DNA of 64,000 nucleotides from Eledone cirrhosa (Eukaryota): NCBI GenBank assembly GCA_964016885.1, contig OZ024742.1, positions 62,496,001 to 62,560,000 of the forward strand, read 5' to 3'. Shown piece by piece: positions 54,777 to 64,000 of this stretch (position 1 is its first letter; each line of letters starts with the position of its first letter). The notes under the pieces were generated by a model. It saw only the letters and a program-made list of their open reading frames with translations, ran no database searches and was not told where the DNA came from. The position numbers and the translations under genes were made by a program.

Positions 54777-57700
54777 GGCGACCTACGTAGGAAATCGTAT
54801 AATCGTGAGCTCCGCAAAGGTTTGTTGTTTTCAGTTGTTTCAAATTGCCAGTTATGGAAATTTTTTGTTTTTAAGTGTTTTAAGTTCACATATATTGTTT
54901 TCTGAAAAGGACACAAACAAATATTGGGGCCTTGTGCCCAAAACTTACACATTTTATTTATCAAACAAAATATTTCTTTGAAAAAAAAAAACATGGACGA
55001 CAAATTTACTGTTTTTAACAGACCCCCCCCCCCCCCACACACACACACCCTACCCCACCACCACCAACACCAAAACCATTGTAAGCCTTGCTACGGTTCC
55101 CAACACTGAAAATATAATTAATAGCAGTTTCAATTATTTAGAATTGCCGCATAAAGATATAGATTTCCCGCCATTACCAATAACTGCAGGTGTTAAAGCC
55201 GCCACCCCCACCACCATAATGTCAAAAAGAACAACGAACACCACTGATACCACAACCACCACCACCACCACCACGGCAACAACAGAAACCCCCAAAAAAT
55301 AAATTATTATCTCGTGACATCGAAATGGATTCACCCAGAATCGACTCTTCCACGCCGAACACCACTGACACCACCACCACCTCCACCACAACTGAAACTA
55401 AAAATAACAACAACAACAATGAGAATAACAACATCAATACCACCGCAAAGCAAAATGCGTCGTTTGCCAAAGCAGCCAAGAAAAGCGAAACAATCGAGGT
55501 AAGCCAGTATAAATTAAATGAAGCGAAGAGAATGGTAAATAAAGATGGGTACAAGGACAGCCCACACACACACACACACAAACACCTAATAAAATGGAGC
55601 GTCGGTGCCTATGCACCGTGTCTTATCCGACGATAAACACAAAATCACCCCGAGTGGAAAAGGCATCCGAGTCCCAAATACAAAAGGCTTTGGGACATGT
55701 GTGGGCGAAAAAAAACCACCTCAGACGTGGGCAGAATTATGGAACCGTGGACGTGTTCTTTGAAACACCACAGGAAGCCAGAGAGCACTCCATTAAGAAG
55801 CGACGACTTCATACTCGTCCCAAGCTATTGTGGTCAGAGACTCGTAAAGATCAGGGTCACCCACGTTCCACCGGCCATCGAAATTCACTGTCTAATAGCT
55901 GCCGTCCTCGCCGGCATCGAAGCTAACACCAAGATAATCGAAATAGCGAAAGAAAAGCAGGAGAACTGGTCCGGATCTGGGATGGAGCTCCTGATCCAAG
56001 CGGACCAAAAAAGCATTGAGGAGATCCCAGAGCTAGTAGACCTTACTGACGGCAGCCACCTCACTGTAATCGTCGAACGCAGAAGGCCTAGGTGTGTCGT
56101 TTGTGGTGAAAGAACCCACCTAAAGGCTTTCTGCCCTCAGGCTAAAAGGTTGAGGCCACCTCTCCTACCCACCCCAGTGACTCAACCATCAACACCACCA
56201 GCAGCAGAGATGGCAGCAACAACAGCAGCAACTGTAACAGCAACAACCCCAGCAACAGTAGCAAAACCAACACCACCACCACCCAACGCGCCAGAACTAG
56301 CACCAGCGCCTACACCATCCACCACACCACAACCAAAACTAACACCTGCGGAGGATTTTCCACTCCCCGGCCTATCACAACTGGACACAGATTGTGACGA
56401 CGAGGAGTGGGAAACGGTATCAGGAAAAAAGAAAAAAAGAAACCAAAAAAGAAAAAATTCTCTTCCCTCCCCCTCCAAAAACAAAATACAGGAGGAAACA
56501 AATAAACTATCAAACAAAAAAGTTAAGACAGATATGCCACCATCCACACCAGCATCACCAACCCCATCACCACAAACACCAACACCATCACCATCATTAA
56601 CCCCAACACCACCATCACCAACACCACAAAAGTCACCAAAAAGCGAAACAGAAACAAACCCACAACAAACGCAAACAAAACAAAACAACCAAAACGATAC
56701 ACACTACACAGCATTAAATTTGAACAACAACCAATTATTACACTACATCCAACACAACACCAGCATCACAGAAAAAGACTACTCAACACCCCAAAAGTTC
56801 ACACCACCTCCACACATACAAATCACTAGCATCACACAGAAAACGTACATGACACTAAAACAAAAATTCCCCAAGTACATCGGAGACTTCCGACAAGGAC
56901 TCTCCAGGAGGATTTATAAGGACATCCTTCCGGAGGAGGCCACAAGCAGTGAGAAGGATGGAGAGACCATCCTTCCTCTACGAGAAGTAAGGTAAGTGGT
57001 CTTTCCCATCTTTTCCACTCCTTTTCAACATGACCTCACTCAGAATAGGCAGCATAAATGCGCGTGGCTTTGGTTCGTCATGGAAGCAGGGCCACCTGCT
57101 CAACGACCTCAGGTCACTAAACATAGATGTGGTGGCCATCAGCGAGACCAGAATTTCCGAAGCACGGGCCTTCGCACCGATCTTCGGCGGCTACGATCTC
57201 CCAGCCCGCCTGGATCGGGGGAGGAGTTGCTGTGCTTTTTCGGAGAGGTTTGGATCTCGCCATACGGGCCATCTTCCTGGACCCAGAAGGTAAGTTGGTG
57301 GTGCTGGACGTGACCAGCGGACTCGGGCAAGCTTTCAGGCTAGTAGCCGTCTATGCCCCGACAGGAGTAGGGCGGCCTGATTTCTTTGGGCGCCTGGAGA
57401 CCTTTCTTGGAACGTCCCGCTCTTTAGTGTTAGTGGGCGACTGGAACGGGATCTTAGATGCACGCTGGAACTGTGTGGTATTAGCGGATAGGGGAGAAGG
57501 GTGCAAGAGCCTCACCAACCTGCTCAGGCGTTTTGAACTGTCTGACAGGTACCGATTAGATTTCCCGAATGTGCCAATGTGGACTTGGACAAACCGCATA
57601 GGATCATCCAGATCATATCTAGATAGAGTATTTTGTAGGGAAATAGATAGGTCTAGCATAGGCTGTCCACATTTGAAGATAGTCAGCTACACAGACCACA

Positions 57701-59257
57701 AATTCCTGATCTGTGTGATTGACTTGAAGCTAAACGCGTCATTAACAGCGCGCAAGGCCTACAGAGACCTGATTAGCAAACTAGTTAAGCGGGCGTTGAC
57801 GGGGGCCGTCGTCAACAACAAGTGGTGGTTTGCTCTGAAAAGAGCGATTAGAATAGAGGTCATTAGGTTTAGTAAGGCTTTAGCAATAGAGAAAAATAGA
57901 GCAGAGAGAGAACTAGTTAAAAAATTAGACCAGGCGCTTAGCAAAGGCATCGCGACCGACGTACTTGCGGCGAAATTGGCCCTTGACCAATTCTTCAATG
58001 CAAAGCACGAAGGCTGCGTTGTCAGAGCTAGGGTGCGTGCTCTCAGACATGAGGGAATGAAAGCCGTTCAATGTGCCCGAGTGGCGGAGGCGCGTCGTGG
58101 CAACAAAGCAACGATCCGGTCTTTGGTGGACCACGACGGGTGCATGCTACCCAATCCCGGGCATATGTGTGAAGCTTTTCAGAAGACACTTCGCTGTTCG
58201 GGGGAAGCGGCGGGCCGGATCGAGGGATGGACTTTAGTGTCTACCTCGATGGACTGCCGCAGCTCTCGGCCACTGAGGCGGAGTGTTACGAAAAGCCGAT
58301 ATCAGCAGCTCAAGTACGGGAGGCAATGACTGGCTGCACAAGGGGTAAATCGCCTGGTTTGGATGGTCTGGCCTATGAATTTTACGTACAGATTCCAGAC
58401 TTGTTCCGAGGCCTCTTGGCGGACGTCTACTGCAACTGGCAACAGAACGGGAGAATTCCCAGCTCTGTGAGCCGAGAAGCGGTGGCACTGCTGAGAAAGG
58501 ATCCGAACAAGGAGGATAACATAGATAATTTCAGGCCCATAACTCTGCTAAACACAGAGTTCAAGATTTTGGCCAAGGTGCTAGCAAAGAGGTTGGCGCT
58601 TGTCGTTGATGGTCTGGTGGGAGAGGCGCAGACGTGCGCCATATCCGACCGATCCATCCACGACAACCTCCACCTCATGCGATACATCGTGGCGTGGGTA
58701 GCAAGGGAACTTGGCACGGGTGGGTCCCTGATCAATTTAGATCAGTCGAGAGCTTTCGATAGGGTCGACCACCGTTATCTGGCGGAAGTCCTGAGGGCGG
58801 GTGGCTTTGGGCTCGTCTTCAGAGGCTAGATCGCTGCCATGCACAGCGACATCTGCTCTGTGGTGAGAGTGAACGGTCATATTTCGGAACCGTTCAACAT
58901 CATGCGCTCGGTCCGCCAAGGTTGTACCCTCTCGTCCCTCTTGTACGTATTGACTCCCGAGCCATTACTGCAGAAACTGGAGACGTTGAGGGGGCTCCCG
59001 CGCGAACTAGGGTGCGGGAGATCCGTGTCAGCATATGCGGACGATGTCACCGTAGTGGTGTCGAACGCCAAACACATCGACGCGATCGGCACTATACTAA
59101 GAGAATACGAAGCGGTGACAGGAGCAATGATCAACCAGGAAAAGTCGGTGGGCCTGCAGCTCGGCACCTGGAGAAGCAGGTCCATGCCGTCCAACAGTGT
59201 CGTCGACCGCTGGACGGACAGACCGGTTAAATTGCTAGCGGTCCATCTGCTGTCAAC
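54777..59257 (+). mobile_element. Tx1/L1-like LINE copy 2 (ORF1, APE, RT; 3' end deleted)
   Basis: Same 5' terminus; ORF1 55697..56995 with CCHC; APE SINARG, SETR, VYAP, GDWN, YLDR, TDH; RT SPGLDG, RPITLLN, AYADD. Confidence 0.92.
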
Positions 59258-59901
59258 ACTCTCTGATTTCCCCGTTATGCACTCTATCGAGTAACGTTAC
59301 TCTGAAGACACTTTGGAGAAACATTATTTCGGCAAATTGTATTTGTGATCGTATTCTTTCGGTCACAATCCTAGATTCATGACCATATGTAACTGTTGGC
59401 ATCCTGCCTTCCAATACTGCATGCTGCAAATCCTTGAGGTTCTTTATCATTTTTGTCATGAGATTCAGCTTCACTACTTCATTCCTTCTCTCTCTTAAAG
59501 GGTCTAACTTTTCCATGAGATCCATTCACTTAGGTTCTTTGCACTTTCTTTTATACAGTTGTCATCCTCCATAAGCACCAAATATTCATACCAATACAGT
59601 ATTCTCCATTGTACAATACATCGATTTTCTCTTTTTCTCTGACTACAGCAGCTCCCATTGACATTCAGCCGTAAACTCCTTTGTTATGGCCTGAATAACA
59701 GATAAGTAATGATAAACAGAAGTGGACTGAGTACAAAGAACTGATTGATACCCACCTTCACTTCGAATTCATCACTACTCTTTGCCAAACAATGGGTGAC
59801 TGCAGTCTCAACCATTAGCTGACTAAAAATCTAAAGACATGTTGTATAGTACAGTATGATGGTGAACTAGCTTGAAATAAGTTACAGAGATAAAAACATA
59901 C

Positions 59902-60059
59902 CTTGTGTCATATTTGTTCGTGTCATTTTGTTTGAGTATAGGATTTCTGGCCACTTACTAGAGTCTTTCAAGCAAGAACTCTTCTTAATATAAACCATCA
60001 TCCAACCAATGGAATGATTACATCCTTCTGTTTTGTGGGAAATTTTGAATTTTGTATCC
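59902..60059 (-). CDS. Gene B exon 4: DTKFKISHKTEGCNHSIGWMMVYIKKSSCLKDSSKWPEILYSNKMTRTNMTQ
   Basis: 158 nt, splice sites conserved, open frame, homologous to 14548-14705; exons 1-3 are expected beyond the right edge of the window. Confidence 0.82.
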
Positions 60060-60084
60060 CTGAAACAGACACAAACATATATAT

Positions 60085-61927
60085 GTGAAACACACAGCTA
60101 AGCAACTTTATAGACATACTACTAAATGCAATTCTCAAACATATGCCAAGTCTTGTAAGAGACGATCTGGACCTCTTAAACCACTTCCCCAAACATGTCA
60201 ACAATGACACTATTATTGTGTCTTTCGATGTAGTGAATCTCTACACAACGATCCCACACCAATACGGATTCTGGCTAGAGAAATATCCGAATGAGATACC
60301 TGACAGAATAGAAAAAAGCTTCATCACCGAGGGATAAACATTTATTTTACAGAACAACTTTTTGATTTCGATGGCAGTACTTACAAGCAAATATCGGGGA
60401 CTGCGATGGGTACAAAAGTCGCTCCAACTTATGCTAACTTAGTCATAGGATACTTGGAAGTCCAGATATATGAACACTCCAAATCAAAATACGGATTGAA
60501 CTTCCACAAATATTTATCAGAGAATTGGAAACGCTACTTGGATGATTGTCTCACTCGACCAACTAAATGATTTCAAAAATTTAAATAACGGCATCAATAA
60601 CCACATCCAATTCACAATGGAATACAGCCAAGATCAACTCCCATTTCTGGACATCTTAATCATGAAAAAGACACAAATATTGAAACTGACATACACAACA
60701 AACCAACAGATTCCAAACAATACCTGCTAAACACCTTTAAACATCCAAAGCACACGAAGACGAACAACCTTTTTAACCTAGCAAGAAGAATTTGCACAAT
60801 TGTTTCTAATTATGAAACGCGAAATAAAAGACTTCAAGAATTAAAGGAAATTCTGCTCGAAAGACAGTACCCACCATTACTAATAAATAATGGAATAGAA
60901 AGAGCTAAAGCAATAGACATTAATGTATTACGAAAACTGAAAGAAATTCAAGGTACGTCCAATATTCTATCATATATCTCAACACACAACCCCAGAAATG
61001 TGGAAGCATACAGTATTATTCACCAAAAAATCCCACTATAGAAAAAAGACCCAAGAATGAAAAAAGCACTTGAAACACACGAAATAATCAAAAGCAAAAG
61101 ACAACCGAAATCACTAAAACATTACTCACCAATGCCAAATTACCCACCACAAACCGACAACCAACTGTCAACAAATGTGGTCTCTCTAATTGTGGAACCT
61201 GCACTCACCTCATTGAAGGCAACCTGTATACATTTCAATCAGGACAAAATTATGTTGTAAAAAATCACCTCACTTGTTCATCAAAAAATTTACTCTATGC
61301 CATTAAATGTAAAGGATGCAATGAAGATTATATAGGACAAACTAAACTGACACTCAGAAACAAAATGACAATTTATCGCCAACAATTACGAGACCCTACC
61401 ACAAGACAGATACCACTCAATGCATATCTAGACATATGCGAAAGTGATAAGACACCCAAATTCCAAGTCTTCCCATTTTATCTTTGCGCCGACAATACAA
61501 CAGAACAAATACGAATAAATAAGGAAAATATGTTTATTCAAAAATATAGACCAGCATTAAATATAGTTTAATATACATTGTTAACACCATAACATGCTAA
61601 CCATCCAAACAGGCACATACATACACACATAACACCTTCTACATCCGAAAATAAAAACCAGAGCTAAATAAAACTTAACATACGTTAATACGCTAACACC
61701 TTAATATGCTAACCTTACCCCCCACACACACACATAACTCCCTTTCCCATTTCTACTAACGGAATCATTTTTCTACACACAACACACACACACACACACA
61801 CACACAAATATATATTCTCTCCATCTTAACGTGCTAACCATACTCCCACACACACATACACACACATAACTTCATCCCCCATTTCTACTAATAGAATCAT
61901 TTTCCTACACACACAAACACACACACA

Positions 61928-62000
<73 letters not shown>

Positions 62001-62620
62001 ACCAGCACACAAATAAAAATACATATCTCTACTTTCTTTATTTCAATAGAAAGTCTGAATTTTCACACCTCAGCACATCAGCCATACTCACTGAACCAGA
62101 ACAATTCTCCCCATCCCTTTTTTCTTGACAATTATCTTTTTTTGGCACAAAATTTTCTAAATGGCTACAAAAAAATTCCCAAATACGGGCGCGAAATTTA
62201 ATGTACTTGTTCACGTGACAGTCATAATTTCATTTATAACCAATCAAATTACATTTATAAAAAAAAAACTTTTCTGAGCCAGGTAACGCGAACTGGCGCG
62301 AAATTTATTATATTTATTCACATAACAGTCATCAACCAACCAAATTACTTTTCTAAAAACCTAGCATTTCGAGCAACTTTATTCCATGGAAAACAGAAGT
62401 AACATTCGAACACCAACCAGATGCGAGAAAAACCACAAACCCTTCATCTCAATTCTACTTTTGAAAAGCACAAGAACTGTGAAACCGGTAGAGGAACCAA
62501 ATAAATATTCTTAAAAAGACTCCAGTTGCATTTTCGACTTCATCTTTATTCCTTATACTTTCACTCGTGTAGGACATCGCGTTTTTTTTTCATTTTGTAA
62601 AAAGCCTCATTCTCTAATGT
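60085..62620 (+). mobile_element. Degenerate Penelope-like (Neptune-type) element in gene B intron 3
   Basis: SFDVVNLYTTIP, GTAMGT.VAP.YANL, RYLDD, LPFLD, KPTDSKQYL, LYAIKCKGC..DYIGQT; many frameshifts; absent from gene A. Confidence 0.85.
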
Positions 62621-62639
62621 ACACACACATATATATATG

Positions 62640-62725
<86 letters not shown>

Positions 62726-62919
62726 GTACATATAAAGTTTCATACACTTAACATGTATGAGCGACCATCAGTATCGGGATCCAATTATGGCCACCACTGT
62801 ATATTGGAGGAGATACTTTTAAACGTGCCTTCTTCGGGTAATAGCCTCACATACATGGTAAGTGTATGAAGATTAAGCTTCTTTTTCCTTGATCTTTCTT
62901 TTACAAATTCTACATAGAC

Positions 62920-62948
62920 ACACAGACACATAGACACAAGGACACATA

Positions 62949-63019
<71 letters not shown>

Positions 63020-64000
63020 ATAATATTAAATTTGAAGACTAAAATCCAAAGAGGGCTCGATAAGGATAAATATATTTCAAATATATAAGAACCGTAGAGC
63101 AAATATTTATTAAAATAACAGATGAAAGTTTAAGTAAAGAATCGCTGCTTTCACCCTTAACGGGATCTTCTGAAACTAACAAAGTCAATCTGTAAACGCA
63201 GAAGTGGATATTTCAAAAATCGTTGCAACCGGAGGAAGACAGGAAGACGATACTTTGGTTCGTGAAAACGTTCCCTGGCAAAGAACGGGAAAAAACGAAT
63301 ATAATACGTCATTAATAGGAGCGGTGAAAATCAATTACGCGCAAAGACAGACCCACGTTTATGGTATAAAAGAGGTCGTAGACTAATGTTCTCTTAGGTG
63401 GTTCATAGAGACGTTCTCTGGCAGTGAACGAAAAAAACGAAGATAATACGTCATATGTGGAGCGTGAAGAACAAATTCACGCAAAGACAAAACCACCTAA
63501 GTGGTATAGCAGAAGTCGTAGACTAAAATTATAACTAGGAGACCGAATGAATCTCCGCTTCAGAGTTAAGAATAAAGTAAATAAATACAATACAGAGGAA
63601 ATAGAAATTAAATATATACATACACGCATACAAATACGTACATACACAAGCATGAGCGAAAACACTTACCATAGGTATACAAAACCACGCACATATAAAT
63701 ATGTGTGTGTGTGTGTGCGTGTATACAAATAAATAAATAAATAAACGTATATAAATAAATAAATAAGTATATAACAGGCGCACACACATACCGACATGTA
63801 AATACACAAATGTTCGGAGACGTAAGTCAACCAAAACATGAAGTACACATATACACACACCCTACATACGTACGAACCTACATACTCTCACAGACGCAAA
63901 ATTCCCGTACACACAAAACCAAACCATGTGTACCAGAATATATGAAATTATACGCCATAACATATACAATCAAATATACGTATGAGAAAGTATACGTACC
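62920..64000 (-). mobile_element. Inverted copy of 2707-3810 (Penelope 3' region + microsatellite flank), running off the window
   Basis: Reverse-complement alignment, roughly 90-95% identical; ORF-track peptides 63535 and 2849, and 63204 and 3321, are paralogous. Confidence 0.9.

Noticed and set aside
56182-56688. Antisense ORFs over LINE/PLE coding regions (also 5037, 30273, 42730, 47246, 50185)
   Set aside because: Shadow frames of retroelement ORFs with no independent motifs

Overview
Eukaryotic, AT-rich, microsatellite-dense genomic DNA. The SINEs, RTE remnants and (TA)n/(CA)n density suggest an octopus or other cephalopod, which is an inference. Most of the window is retroelement-derived: R4/Dong-like RLE LINEs (three families), Tx1/L1-like APE LINEs, RTE fragments, at least five Penelope-like (RT + GIY-YIG) insertions with inverted ends and hammerhead-like motifs, tRNA-derived SINEs, a Helitron-like element and a mariner relic. 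A complete 5-coding-exon minus-strand gene (gene A, 27471->13424, ~291 aa) is buried among the repeats and mostly invisible in the ORF track. It encodes a signal peptide, a PAN/Apple domain and a Cys/Trp-rich C-terminal domain. The last two exons of a tandem paralog (gene B) are also present. The last intron is 1,074 nt in gene A but 18,349 nt in gene B, because a SINE (ATT)n tail seeded a stack of LINEs from two endonuclease classes that all abut (TAA)n/(TTA)n tracts. The paralogs show mosaic divergence consistent with a gene-conversion tract, and exon 4 differences are mostly amino-acid-changing. All coordinates and divergence values were counted by hand and are approximate.
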